Of a DNA stretch of 64,000 bases, positions 23,080 to 36,625 are shown one piece after another (position 1 is the first letter of the stretch; each line of letters begins with the position of its first letter). Both the position numbers and the translations under genes were made by a program. This DNA is from Octopus sinensis. Its lineage: Eukaryota. The notes under the pieces are model-generated. The model had not been told where the DNA came from. It saw nothing but the letters and a program-made list of their open reading frames with translations, and did no database searches. The stretch is from NCBI RefSeq assembly GCF_006345805.1, contig NC_043004.1, positions 105,772,001 to 105,836,000 of the forward strand, given 5' to 3'.

Positions 23080-23393
23080 CATCATCATTGTTTAACGTCC
23101 GCTTTTCATACTAGCATGGGTTGGATGATTTGACTGAGGACTGGAGAATCAGATGGCTGCACCAGGCTCCAGTCTGATCCAGCAGGATTTCTACAGCTGG
23201 ATGCCCTTGCCAACGCCAACCACTCCAAGAGTATAGTGGCTGTTTTTATGTGCCACCGGCAGGAGGGCCATTCAGGCAGTACTGGCAACAGCCACACTGA
23301 GGTGGTGTTTTTTATGTGCCATCTGCAGAGGAGCCAGTCCAGTGGCACTGGCAATGACATCGCTCGAATGTTTTTCATGTGCCAGTAAGGCAA

Positions 23394-23395
<2 letters not shown>
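23080..23395 (-). mobile_element. RTE 3' UTR fragment
   Basis: (ATC)n-TTTAACGTCCGCTTTTCATACTAGCATGGG..GGATGCCCTT. Confidence 0.8.
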
Positions 23396-23439
<44 letters not shown>

Positions 23440-24186
23440 TGTGTGTGTGTGTGTGTGTGTATACAGTTATGAATATATATTCATTACATATGCACACGTG
23501 TGTGTGCATAGATTGCTAAGCAAACATTTAGTGAAATGCATAGGCTGTGATGTTTTATTAGATATTTAGTAATGGAAGGGTTAAAGAGAGCAGCTAAAAC
23601 AGATTAACTGACTGTGATGGGTTAGTCATGTGATGTGAAATGATAAGGAATATGGGATGAAGAAAGTACTGGGATGCTGCCAGGGATTGGTGACTATGAA
23701 GAGAATAAATGAAGAACATGTAGGAAGATTTGGTGAAGTCACATCTCAGGATGTTAGGTCTCAACAGAATAACTGATGACTTATATAAATACAGACACAC
23801 ACATACATGTTCGCATATATAAGTGTGTCATATACATGTTGAACCTTTAGTCACATTTCCATAACGAAATTTACACTTTACATACACACATAGACACTCA
23901 GGCATATGTACACACACATAGGCATATGTACACACATATGCACTCACACATACAGGCATACACATGCACACACACACACACATATACACAAATGAATACA
24001 AACACACTCTCACATACATGTACATATACGCCCACATCCACACACTCGTACACACTCAGACATACACGCAGACAAATGAACATAAACACACACTCTCAAA
24101 CACATGCTCACACACACACACAGATACTACACATGCACTCATTCATACATACACACATTCACGCATGCAGGCAAGTGCACACACCA

Positions 24187-24224
<38 letters not shown>

Positions 24225-24622
24225 ATACACATACTTGTATATACATAAGTCCACTACTCCTTCATTTCAACCAAATAATTGGTCTTAAGGTTGCACAATT
24301 CTTTATCACAATAGTCACAGATTCTTCCAGTCACAGACAGATTCACCAAACTGTCATCAGTTCATCCAAACTTTTGCCCTGCTTGGAACATCTGTTAAGA
24401 ATTAATAAGTTAATTTCTTGAAAAGGAAGTAGGAACAGGATTCTTGGATATAATTGTAATTAACGATGGAACATAATGAAATATAGCAGTAGGGGGTATG
24501 TGCCACCGGCAGTGTGTCTGTGAGTGAAAGCATGCACGATGTGTGCGACTGTGCATGTTAGGCAGAGGATGTGTGTGTATGTGTGTTGGAGTGTTTGTAT
24601 GTATCCATATATATAAATATGC

Positions 24623-24653
<31 letters not shown>

Positions 24654-24778
24654 TGTATGATGCATATATGTATGTGTATATACACACATATATATATGTA
24701 GATATATATATATATATATACATATACATATGCATACATGTACACACACACATGCACACACATACACACAGGTGTGTG

Positions 24779-24839
<61 letters not shown>

Positions 24840-24924
24840 CAGGCTTGGTTGTGTGGCTAAAGAGGTCACTTGGCAATCATAAGTTTCTTGGTTCGGTCTT
24901 ACTGTGCGTCATAATGGGCATTTG

Positions 24925-25222
24925 TTATTTTAAATCTAATACTTATTCTATTTTTTCTTTTGCTGAACAGCTAAGTTACAAGGAACATTAAAAAAATATC
25001 AATACTGGTTGTCAATAGGTGGTACTGGTGGAACTAATACAAACATAGTGACACACACGTGATGGGCTTCCACATAGTTTCTGTCAAGCAAATTCACTCA
25101 CAAGGCATTGGTCAGCCCAAGGCTATAGTACAGGACACTTGCCCAAGGAGCCATACAGTGGGACTAGACCTAAAACAATATAGTTGCATTCCCAGCTTCT
25201 TGACCACACAGCCATGCCTGTG
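24925..25222 (-). mobile_element. SINE family B, diverged
   Basis: Tail block GCTGAACAGCTAAGTTAC through head ACCACACAGCCATGCC. Confidence 0.65.
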
Positions 25223-25257
25223 TCTGTTATTTTTCTTCAGTTATAATCATTTCTGTT

Positions 25258-25670
25258 GGACAAGGACAGCTGTGTAAAGAAGTGCCAGTCTCTAACTGTG
25301 GAAGGAACCTGTGGTAGAAGTAGACCCAGGAAGACATGGGACGAGGTGGTGAAGCAGGGGCCGATGTACTGTGCTTGAGAGGACCTGTCAAGCCAAGTGA
25401 AATCATAGTCATGGCCAATGCTGGTGACACAAAAAAGGCACTTGTGCCAGAGACACATAAAGGTAACCCTGTTGGTGCCATGTACATCGCACCCATGCTG
25501 GTAACACGTAAAAGGTACCCACTACACTCTTGGAGTGGTTGGCATTAAGAAGAGCATCCAAATCAGACTGGAACCCAGCACAGCTCTCCAGCTTACCAGT
25601 TCCCATCAAACCATCTAACCCATGCCAGCAGGAAAAACAGACAGTAAATGATATGACGATGATGATGTGT
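25258..25670 (+). mobile_element. RTE LINE 3' end
   Basis: DKDSCVKKCQSLTVEGTCGRSRPRKTWDEVVK followed by the UTR and (GAT)n. Confidence 0.85.
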
Positions 25671-27066
25671 GCATATCCATATCTACATGTATCTGTGCAT
25701 TCTCCTTTCTATGTGTGCATGTACATGTGTTGGTGTTTTCGCATGTTTTCATGTAAGAGAAGCTCAGGGTGGGTGAAAGTAAATGTGTTAATGGGGAATG
25801 TGTGGGAATGTGCGCATGTCAGAGTATGCATGTCTGTGTGAGTATATACGTGTGTGAGTGTTCTCAAATGGGTATTTGTTGTGTATGTGTGCATATATAT
25901 ATATATATATATAATCGTTTATATATGTACATATATGTGAAAGCATGTGCGTGCAGGTTAACATTATCAGATCTATACTACTGCAGATATCAGTAATCAT
26001 GTGAACATATGATTGGATGGATTCCATAAGATAACGGTAGATTCTCTAAGAGAATCAATAGACATCACCCACCCCCACATCTCATCTCCTTCCTTTCTCT
26101 CATATCATACTCTTAAATAATACCTTCTGGATACCACTTTCTTCTTCTTCTTCTTCTTCTTCTTCTTCTTCTTCTTCTTCTTCTTCTCTTCTTCTTCTTT
26201 CTCCTCCTCCCCCTCCTCCTCCTCCTCCTCTTCCTCCTTCCTCTTCTCACTACCACCACCACCATCGCGAACAGTTTCATGTGAGTCTCTCTCTCTCTCT
26301 CGCTTCACCAGGTCACCAAGTGCTCCAACCACGTTCCTCAGTTGTGTGCAGATTTGTCTTTTGGGGGATGTAGAACAACCGTATTTATATGCGAAGTCAG
26401 TTTGGTTTTTGCTGTAGGATTTGGTTTGTTGTTTCTGGTGTTACTCTAACATTTCATCTCTTTTTTTTTTTGTATACAATAAGTGCAATGTGGGTAGCGT
26501 TGTTTTGTTAGGCAATGTTTATTTGGAGTATGGGTTTTGTGGATTTGGTGTTATAAGATTTACTACTGGACTCTGACTCTGCAGAGGATTTGCTGTGAAG
26601 ATTGTGTTGAACGGACGGCAAATGAGCAGATTCTGAGTTCTTGGTGTTTTAAGTGTTGGGTATCGATTATTCAACAGAGTTGCTTGTGTTATTTTATTAG
26701 TGTGTTGTGGATTGTGTATGATATGTATGTTTTATGTGAGTGGTGTTGTATGATTACGAGGTTGAAGGTGGTGAGCAGGGAGAATCATTAGCCTACTAGA
26801 CAAAATGCTGTTAAACATTTTATCTGTGTCTATGTTCTGAGTTCAAATTCCACTGAGGTTAGCTTTGCATTTTGTTCTTCCAGGGTTGATGAAATAGTAC
26901 TAGTCAAGAATGGGGTGGGGATTGATGTAATGACTAGACCCCTTCCTACTGAAATTTCAGGCATTGTACCATTAATAGAAGGGATATTATTCAGTGGTTA
27001 TTATATTGGGTAAGTGTTGTGAAGAGAGAGCATATCTTTGGGGTTGTGCAACTGAGCTGAAAGTGT

Positions 27067-27210
27067 CTTGTATAAAATAAGGGTTGTACCTAGCAGAGTT
27101 ATTTTTTGGTTTGTGTATAAAGCTATGGACCCTGATATGGTTTCCATGGTTTTGCTCATACTTTTTACCATATCTAGTGTTCTAATTATTATTGGTGTTG
27201 TTTTAACTTT
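27067..27210 (-). mobile_element. Old R4/Dong-like LINE C-terminal relic
   Basis: KVKTTPIIIRTLDMVKSMSKTMETISGSIALYTNQKITLLGTTLILYK aligns with the end of the 58316-58621 peptide (VPIIVGAL..LQKTALLGSARIVRK). Confidence 0.55.
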
Positions 27211-27453
27211 CCTGCTTCACAACCTGCATATTTTAGTTTCAGTGCATGAAACATTGACAACAGTTTCTTAGTAGTGTAGCCAGAGTGTATGCCAGGGCAG
27301 CCCTTATTTTCAGCATTTTTTTAGTCCCACTGTTGTTATTTTATAGTACTTTTCTATTTGTATCAACCTGTATCCTGTAGGATAGGAATATTTCCACACT
27401 AAATCAGCTTTGAAGAGATGACTCTTGAATGCTGTTGGTAATTTCCTAATTAA

Positions 27454-27679
27454 CCCATTTGTTATCAAATCTATTTTGAAATACTCTGTGTTTTTTTTTT
27501 TTCCAATTAATTTTAAATATAGAAAGAATTTAGTAAAATAACTTAGTTATCATTAAGCTGGTGTTAGGAAAATAAATTGTGACTAAGGTTTGTAGAAGAT
27601 TTTACTACAAAACTTATGAAAACAAGACATATGTACTACAGAAGCAGGGGTGGTTTCAGCCGGGTGGGTATTGAAAGGG
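27454..27679. mobile_element. TTAA-flanked CCC...GGG MITE (piggyBac-like)
   Basis: TTAA at 27450-27453 and 27680-27683; second copy at 61962-62181. Confidence 0.75.
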
Positions 27680-28247
27680 TTAAGCTCTTCAGTTTACTTA
27701 ACTTTTTGCTTAATATGATGAAACCGTAATTTGTAACTTGGTTAGCTAGTGTATTACCTCATTTCTAGCTTTGGATTCAGTTTTTAAAATTAGATGAAAT
27801 CTTCATAATTTTCTATGTATTGTAATCATATCAATTTCATTAACCTCTTATTATTTGTACGGATCAATTTGGTTAATTTTCTGATTTCAGTGTCTGTATA
27901 TCTAATTAAATGTTCTCAGTTTTAGTTATGTCATATTCACTTCTATGTCTTGGCTGAATTTATGAATCAGCCTCATCATCACCATAATCATATCATCGTC
28001 ATTATCTTGATTGCATGACACTCTAGTTATATCACTTACAAATAGAACAATAGGCTCATTCCTTAATTGCCACAATGCTTTGAAGTCCATCACTAAGCTA
28101 GTGTAACTCCTTAGCCTTACTGGTGACTTCTGCACAACATTATAGTCATTTGGCATTAGTATGTCAATAATTAGTGGGCTTTTGCCATTTTCATAATGGA
28201 AAATTATGTCAGATCTATTAAGTGTTAATCATTATTATTGAACTAGC

Positions 28248-28640
28248 AGAATCATTAATGCATTGGACAACATGCTTCCTGGAATTTCTTTCAGCCCTTT
28301 ACATTCTGAGGTCAGCTTGGCCTTTTATCCTTCCAGGCTTAATAAAATAAATTACCAGTCACGTACTGGGGTAGGTCATCCAAAACTTACCTCTCAAAAT
28401 TATTGGTCTTGTTCCTAAATTAGAAACAACTTTAGGCAACAAGTCAGCAAGATCATTAGAATATTGGAAAAATCGCCTTGCGGTAGTTGCTTTGGTTCTT
28501 TACAATCTGAGTTCAAATCTTGCTGAGGTTTTGCCTTTCATCCTTCTGGGGCCAATAAAATAAAATACCAATCAAGTATTAGGGTTGATATAATCAACTG
28601 ACCCCATCTCTTCAAAGGTGCTGGCCTTGTGCTTGAATAA
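28248..28640 (+). mobile_element. Head-to-tail pair of SINE family A
   Basis: Two consecutive diverged copies with a junction near 28431. Confidence 0.65.
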
Positions 28641-29984
28641 TAAACCACGATAGGGGAACCGCAATAGGAGAACCACGAGAAAATAATGAGTTGAGAAAGT
28701 CATATAAGCCACAGGATCACAAAGCATCACAAACTAAGACAGCAAGTTAGCTATATTAGGGTTAGTGCTATTGATCATCAACTCCACTCCATCATGATCA
28801 GCAGTACCAACTACCTGACAAAAGATTGGATAGTCATGGCCAGAAGGCCTTTGGTCATCATCAATTCATTCAGGATCATTCAAGAATTTAACAGCAAGAG
28901 TTACATGGATAATTACAGAGATCCAAGTATGTTCATGGCCTCAGCCTGTTGTCCAAGAATACTTCACAGTGTTACATGTAATTTATATAAAACTGGTCAA
29001 GCAGTATTTTCTCCATGAAAAATCTTCTGTGCTGTGCTGTCAGTAAAACAGGGCCATATTGTGGGGAGACAGAGATTAAATTGCACAGATCAGGTTCTGT
29101 GAAGAACAGTCAAAGTTGGAGTGAGGTAAGACAGTAACGAATAGGAAAATTAATCAGATATTATTGTGTAGGTGACTCTTCCTGCTCAGGTTCCAGTTGG
29201 AAAATGAATAAATGTTGAACAACATTGATGATAAAGTAACAACAATAATGATGATGGTGGGGGGGAGGAGGAGGATCTTGTGAGTGATGGTCAAAGACAG
29301 CGTCATTATTGTACTATAGGTGAGTATGACCATGACAATTATTTTGATCAGTATAATCATGATATTGACAATGATATTAATAATGATAACAGTGATGACA
29401 ATGATGGCAGTGGGGGAAGACATGCTGGTGATGACAACAACAACAACAACGACGATGACGACGATGATGATGATGATGATGATGATATTGAAAAGTAGAA
29501 TTTATTAACTGTTATAAGAGTTTCTACCCTTATAAAGTGGCAGCTGTTGAGTGAGGGCGCCATGCCAAAAAAACCTGCTGAAGCCAATTAAATATGCTAA
29601 AAATCACAAAAAAAGGTTACCCCACCCACTGCACAGCACTGACCTAGTTTTACACTCCTGGTGGGTATGTTTTTGGACGGGTGCCAAATGAAGGCAGTGC
29701 AAAGTCAGCTACCCAACACTGACACAGAGGATGCTGACACAGAGCATAGGGTGTGGGTGGTAGTGACAGTAGTTGTTGAGGCAGTCGTAGTGGTGGTGGT
29801 GGTGGTGGTGGTGGTGGTGGTGGTGGTGGTGACGATGACAGTGGCAATCAGGATGATTGCTATGATGATGATGATGACGAAAACGATGACGACGATGATG
29901 ATATGGATGATGATGCACCTATCACCATCTATTAGCTATCCTTGCTATCATTGCTGTCATTCCCTCGTTTTTATCTCAGAGTTG

Positions 29985-30390
29985 TGAGGCCATTGTGGAG
30001 ATGATACCATCAACTCCAGTACTTGACCAGTACTTTATTTCATCAACCCCAGAGGCATGAAAGACCAAAACTGACCTCAACAGGATTTGAACTCAGAACA
30101 TAAGGAACCAGAAGAACTATGACAAAGCATCTATTCTGACTCTCTGACAATTCTGTCAGCTCACTATCTCAGAATAGTTTCTGATTTAAGCACAAGGCCA
30201 GCAGTTTCTGAGGGGAGGTAGGTTAATCATTTCTGTCAACCTCAGACAGGAACTTTATTTTATTGACCCTGAAAAGATGAAAAGCAAAGTTGATTGCAAC
30301 AGAATTTTAACTCGGAATTTAAAGAACCAGAATCACAAACCGTTTTTTTTCTAATTCTTGAACAACTCTGCCAGCTTGCCACCGAATGAT
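29985..30390 (-). mobile_element. Head-to-tail pair of SINE family A
   Basis: Two consecutive copies with a junction near 30180. Confidence 0.65.
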
Positions 30391-30499
30391 GATAACAATG
30401 AAAACAATAATGACACCTATATTGGTGATGATGATGATGATGATAACAACGATGATGATGATGATGATTTCAAACTTAGGTACAAAATTATAATTTTGT

Positions 30500-30955
30500 A
30501 AGGTTGAGAAGACCCATCAACCCGAGTGAAATCATAGTCATGGCTGATGCTGATGTCACGTAACTGGCACCTTTCAAGCGTTGGGCTTCACAGAGGCAAA
30601 GTGGCTGATGCTAGTGGCATGTGGAAATCTCCTTTTGAGTGTTGAACCTCACAGAGACAATGGCCGAGACCTTTGGCATTATGTCATGCTTGAGAAGAAG
30701 ACCCATCAAGGCAAGCAAAATCACAGTCATGGCAGATACTGGTGTCACGCAAATGGCACCCATGCCTGTGGCACATAAAAGCACTCATTACACTCTCAGA
30801 GTGGTTGGCATTAGGAGGGGCATCCAGCTGTAGAAACCATGCAAAATCAGACTGGAATCTGGTGCAGTCTGGTGCAGCCTTCTAGCTTGCCAGCCCTGGT
30901 CAAACCATCAAACCCATACCAGCATGGGCAATGGACATTAAATGATGATGATAAT
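30500..30955 (+). mobile_element. RTE 3' end, partly duplicated
   Basis: TTGAGAAGACCCATCAA..GAAATCATAGTCATGGC occurs twice, followed by the UTR and (GAT)n. Confidence 0.75.
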
Positions 30956-31224
30956 GGGGGGGGCGGAAATACAGTTGGTTAAATTGACCTCAGTATTTTG
31001 CTGGTACTTGTTTTATCCACCCCGGGTAATGAAAGCAAGGTCGACTTTGGCAGGATTCAAATTCAAACTGTGAAAGAACATGTAGCCAAATAGGGCAAGG
31101 CATTCTACTGTGACTGTCAATAATAATAATAATAATAATAATGACAATAATAATAATATCAACAACAACAACAACAATAATAATCCTCCTCCTCCTCCTC
31201 CTCCTCCTCATCATCATCATCATC

Positions 31225-31575
31225 ATCATCATCATCGTTGTTTAACGTCTGCTTTCCATGCTGGTATGGGTTGGACAATTTGACTGAGGACTGGCGAACC
31301 AGATGGTTGCACCAGGCTCCAATCTTGATCTGGCAGAGTTTCTACAGCTGGATGCCCTTCCTAATGCCAACCACTCTGAGAGTGTAGTGGATGCTTTCAC
31401 GTGCCAGTTAGGCGGTACTGACAACAGCCACGCTCAAGTGGTGGTCTTTACATGTCACTTGCACAGGAGCCTGTCCAGTGGCACTGGCAATGTCCTCGCT
31501 TGAATGTTTTTCATGTGCCAGTAAGGTGACGCTGGTAACAATCACGCTTGAATGGTGCTTTTTACGTGCCATAAG
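31225..31575 (-). mobile_element. RTE 3' UTR, inverted relative to 30500-30955
   Basis: Antisense AGGAAGGGCATCCAGCTGTAGAAACTCTGCC..CCATACCAGCATGGAAAG. Confidence 0.8.
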
Positions 31576-31641
31576 AAAATAACAATAATAATAACAGCAG
31601 CAGCAGCAGCAGCAACAGCAACAACAACAACAACAATATTG

Positions 31642-31672
<31 letters not shown>

Positions 31673-31858
31673 TAATAATAATAATAATAACAACTGTTTC
31701 TAAATTTGAGTACAAGGCCTGAAATTTTGAGGGGAGGGTTTAATCAATTACTTCAACCCCCATTGCTCAACTGGTATTTATTTCATCTTTTCATCTGGAA
31801 GAGATGCAACAATGTATTTTTTTCTGACAATATTGTCGGCTCACTCCCTAATAACAAC

Positions 31859-31903
<45 letters not shown>

Positions 31904-32304
31904 CTTTTTTAACTATTAGCACAAGACCTGAAATTTCAGGGCAGAGTGGGGAGTCGATTATATTGACCCCAGTGTGCAACTGGTTTTTGTTTTATCAACT
32001 CTGAAAGGATTAAAGGTAAAGTCAACCTTGGCAGAATTTGAATCCAGGACATACAGACAGACAAAATTCTTCTAAGCATTTAGCCTAGTGTGCTAATGAT
32101 TCTGCAAGCTCACCACCCTTATGATGCTGATGATAATGATGGTGGTGACGGTGGTGACGGTGACAACAATAACGACAATGATGACGATGATGATGATGAC
32201 TATTATTTTGTGTATGTGAATGGAAATTTTATGAACAGAAGATAAGAGAGATAATAAACAGCTAGATCAAGATAGAAACATGAATTTAAGAAAAACTATT
32301 GCTT

Positions 32305-32318
32305 ATTGCCATGGCAAC
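32305..32318. promoter_or_regulatory. RFX X-box-like palindrome
   Basis: ATTGCCATGGCAAC, 13/14 to GTTGCCATGGCAAC, in non-repetitive sequence. Confidence 0.35.
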
Positions 32319-32759
32319 TGAGCATGTATCAAGATAGATGCAAATTTTACATGAAGAATCTTGTGAAAAAGCTTTAAATTTCATTTATTCATATTTTTAG
32401 TTGTATTTATTAATGTTTTTTTCTATATCTCTTCTCTATTTACACACGCATACACACACACGCATATACACATACAAACACACACATGCATTTATGTATC
32501 ACATTATATACAGCAATGATGAATTTGTGATTCTATCTTTATAGTATGTATCCAAAGACAAGGACTAGGACAAACCCAAAAGACATGTCTTAAATCTAAT
32601 CCGTGATATCATAAACAAAACATCATAAAAATCATTAAAAAAAAATCATTAAAAATTATAAACAGAAAAAGGACCTAAGCTGGTGAATGATGGTATCTAG
32701 ACAAAAGGGATCAGGGAGTCTCTTCTGATCAAGTCACTACTTTTCTGCATTGAGAGGTC

Positions 32760-33035
32760 TCAACTCTGATACTGTGGACATGGGATTAGAATGTTAAAGG
32801 AAAGAATATCCTAAGACAGATTCTTTGAGCTGAAATGACTGGCAGGAGACGTTCAGCTAAACCAGGAACAATATGGTTGGACAATGTCCTTAGTCTCCAT
32901 TTGTCACAACTGAGAATCCAACGGGCGAATGTGATGACAGTTGCTTGTGATAGGGACCTATAGAGCAGTGCCTGAGGACTCTAATCCAACAGCCCTCACA
33001 GGAGTAATGGGTGGAGAAGTTGGATGGATGGAAGT
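32760..33035 (+). mobile_element. Old RTE-like LINE 3' relic with (GGAT)n end
   Basis: YCGHGIRMLKER..RQIL*AEMTGRRRSAKPGTIWLDNV resembles the RTE C-terminal W.GH..R / G.R..G.P...W.D pattern. Confidence 0.45.
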
Positions 33036-33667
33036 TAAAGCTATCATTGATACAAAAGTAAAGGTGGGCTAGTGAGATGATGGATCCTTGGAGAATACCT
33101 TAATAGGGAAATACATATAAGCAAACACCACCATCATGTACAGGAGCTTTTACATGGAGCCAGAAATGGCAGACATATCCTCTACAAACTACACCGTCTA
33201 AATCATTATCATCATCATCATCATTATCATCATTTAACATCTGTTTTTCATGCAACATGGGTTTGGAACTGGTAAGCTGGAGAGCTGCACTTCGTTACAG
33301 TCTGATTTCTATGGTTTCTATGACTGGATGCCCTTCTTAATGTCAACCATACCTTCTTAAAAAAGGGAACACATGGAACATAGACAATGCAGTTATGGAT
33401 AGACAAATGATATGTCATGGTTGGAATGTCTTTGATCTTAGGTCTCCTGTGCTGAACCATGCTAGCCTGTTAGAAGTAGCTGTGAAGTCTCCTCAAATCA
33501 CTCACTACTGTATTGTGAGAGGAGAGCCACACTGGATATTATAGTCCAAGATACACTATGTCTGAGAGTAAAAAAGAATGGAATGGTTGCAGTTGCAATA
33601 CTTTGAAGATGATCGGGCTTTCATGGCTTGCTTCCTAAAAGAGAAGAGGGAAATCGTATATATGCAT

Positions 33668-33703
<36 letters not shown>

Positions 33704-34225
33704 GGATAAGTAGACATTAAAATGATAAATAATGCTGTTGCTGATGATATACATGCATGCATGTGTATGTGTGCATGTGCATGTATGAGTGTGCGTGTGT
33801 GTGTGTGTGTGTGTACACATACATACATACATATATATATATGTATGTATTATGTATGTATGTATGTATGTATGTATATATGTATATATGTATGTGTGTA
33901 TGTGTACAAACACACACACACATGCACATACGTGCACTCATACACATGCATGTATGTATATCATCAGTAACAGCATTATCATTTTAATGTTTACTTATCC
34001 TTGCTTGCATAGGTCAGATGAAATTTGCTGAGGTACAATTTATACAGTTGGATGCTCTTCCTGTTGCTAACACTCACTTGTTTCCCAGCAAGATAATATT
34101 TCTCCCCAGTCAGAAAGAAGTTCCATAATTTTCCCATAAGTGGGTCACTTGAAAATGGTGGAAAGTCTCTCTGCATGAAACCATTGGTAGCATTGTTAAT
34201 CCATGAATAATACACATATACATAC

Positions 34226-34281
<56 letters not shown>

Positions 34282-34599
34282 TGTAGTGAAACCTCCAAGA
34301 GATAGTTTAACCATTTATTTATTCACATTTCATTCTATGCTGCTGCCAAACAATCTTTATACTAGACTATCAGTCCCCAAGCATCACAACCAACATAGTA
34401 GCTGTATACCAATGAACCTCTAACACACTACATGCCAGCCAATATTTCTAGCAGATGCTACTGTTCTCACTAGAATTTCCTTTGATTTTTCTCTACCAAA
34501 CGAATGGTACCTTTCTCAAAAAAACAATAAATAATTTTTATCCCCTTGAGCAAAACTCAATCATGTGGTTGTAAAAAAAACATTTTTGCAGAATTATTA

Positions 34600-35150
34600 T
34601 TCAGCATCAGCACTACTTACCAACATCATTACCACCAGCATCATCGATCTCACAGTCATCATCATCATCACCATCTCCATAACCACCACAACCATCATCA
34701 TCACCACCACTATAATCAATATCACCGTCTTCCCCCTCTGTCTCTTTTGCCTCCTCCTTGTCATCATCATCGTCGTCATCATCATCATCATCATCATAAA
34801 CATTATTGCTGCTACTGTAACCATCACCTCTGTCATATTCATCCTTGTTGTCCACATCATTATCATCCTCTTTACCATTATCATCATCATTACCATCATC
34901 ATCATCATCATCACCACCACCCCACCACCATTATCATCAGCATCATCATTATTGCTACTACTGTAACCATCACCACTATCATAGTCATTGTTGTTGTCCA
35001 CATCATTATTATCCTCCTTACCATCATCATCATCACCACCATCACCACATCCACCACCGTTATCATCATCTTCATCATTATCATCATCATCATCATCATT
35101 AGCAGCAGCAGCACCATCATGATCATGATTATCATCATCATTACCATTAC
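34600..35150. repeat. (CAT)n/(CAC)n low-complexity block with a ~147-bp internal duplication
   Basis: CATTATTGCT(G/A)CTACTGTAACCATCACC..TTGTTGTCCACATCATTAT at 34801 and 34948. Confidence 0.85.
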
Positions 35151-35164
35151 CAATGACAGAGACT

Positions 35165-35979
35165 TTCCATGGTCAGTTTGACCAGCTATTGTTTTACTAT
35201 TGCCTTGATTCGACCAACACCTTCAGAGTAGAAATCACGGACACAGAAACCTTGCAGAGACTCTCTTATCATGCGTTCACTTACTCCCTCCACAACACTG
35301 ATATCAAGAAATCCTCTTGCGAGCGTGACCTAGGCATCACTGTCATCAGTGATTTGCGTTGGTCAAAGCATATCTCTAAGATTGTCAGGAACCGAGGGTG
35401 TCTTGGCATCACTCAGCAGGTCTTGTTAGCCGCTCTCCAGCCATCTATTTAAACTGTATACAGCTATGGTACGACCACACTTGGAATTCGCATCATCAGT
35501 TTGGAACCCCTATCTTGCACAGAACATTGCCTCCTGGAATCTGTCCAGAGACGTGCAACCAAACGCATACCCTCCATCAGACACCTACCATATTTGAGCG
35601 CCTTGTTTCCCTGGCATGGATTCACTGAAGCTCCGGCGTTTGGCGACGGACTTGGTAAACACCCACAAAGTATCAACCACCTCACCACCAACAAACTGAA
35701 ACCCTTTTGATCTCCATGTGTCTAACACACGTGGACATGCCTACAAAGTCAGAAAACAATACAGCTCCCATGACTTTCGGAAACATTTTTCACGCTCAGA
35801 GTGCTGAAGCATGGAATAAACTGCCTGCGTCAGTTGTTGACTGCCATGACACTGCATCTTTTAAGGGCCTCATGCTTTCCGAATCCGCCGAAACTACCTG
35901 ATTATATATACACTTTAGATGAGTTGTAGTGCACCTGAGCACTGTACACAATTATTATTATTATTATTATTATTATTAT
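35165..35979 (+). mobile_element. 5'-truncated CR1/L2-group LINE with (ATT)n tail
   Basis: Frameshifted peptides ERDLGITVISDLRWSKHISKIV, LYTAMVRPHLEFASSVWNPYL, LESVQRRATKRIP, TRGHAYKV, AWNKLPASVV. Confidence 0.9.
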
Positions 35980-36138
35980 ACAACACTGCCATTATCATTA
36001 TCATAACTGGTTCTTATTTAGAATTATTATTCCTCTGGTCAGATTGTGTCCTTATCCTGCTTTTACACTTTTACATTCTGTTTTTTGGTATGATTTCTGT
36101 TCGTGGAATGTCCCCTTTATGACCAAACACCTAATATA

Positions 36139-36179
<41 letters not shown>

Positions 36180-36182
36180 ATG

Positions 36183-36625
36183 TGTATTCTTTTAGTTGTT
36201 TCAATCAGCTGACTGCAACCATGCTGGAGCACCACAGGGCTTCTTTCTATTTCCATCTACCAGATCCACTCACAAGGCTTTGGTCACCCCAAGGCTTATA
36301 GTAGGAGGCACTTTCCCAAGGTGCCATGCAGTGGGACTGAACCTGGAACCATGTGGTTGGGAAGCAAGCTTCTTATTTCTTTATTACCCACAAGGGGCTA
36401 AACACAGAAGGGACAAACAAGGACAGACAAAGGGATTAAGTCCATTACATCAACCCCAGTGCGTAACTGGTACTTAATTTATCGACCCCGAAAGGATGAA
36501 AGGCAAAGTCGACCTCGGCGGAATTTGAACTCAGAACGTAACAACAAATGAAATACTGCTAAGCATTTCGACCAGTGTGCTAACATTTCTGCCAGGTCGC
36601 CGCCTTACCACACAGCTACACCTAT
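36183..36625 (-). mobile_element. SINE family B with a full-length SINE family A nested in its head (about 36374-36604)
   Basis: The B head CAAGCTTCTTA|CCACACAGC is split by a CpG-intact A copy. Confidence 0.8.

Noticed and set aside
23590-23770. WVSHVM-containing RTE-like C-terminal trace
   Set aside because: Too degenerate to delimit or assign with confidence
26275-26286. 6-nt microexon AG|TTTCAT|GTGAGT
   Set aside because: The upstream pyrimidine tract is just (TTC)n/(CTC)n microsatellite, and about one perfect donor per strand is expected by chance
29044-29131. Open 82-nt frame ending GAG|GTAAGA
   Set aside because: Weak acceptor and an unrecognisable peptide
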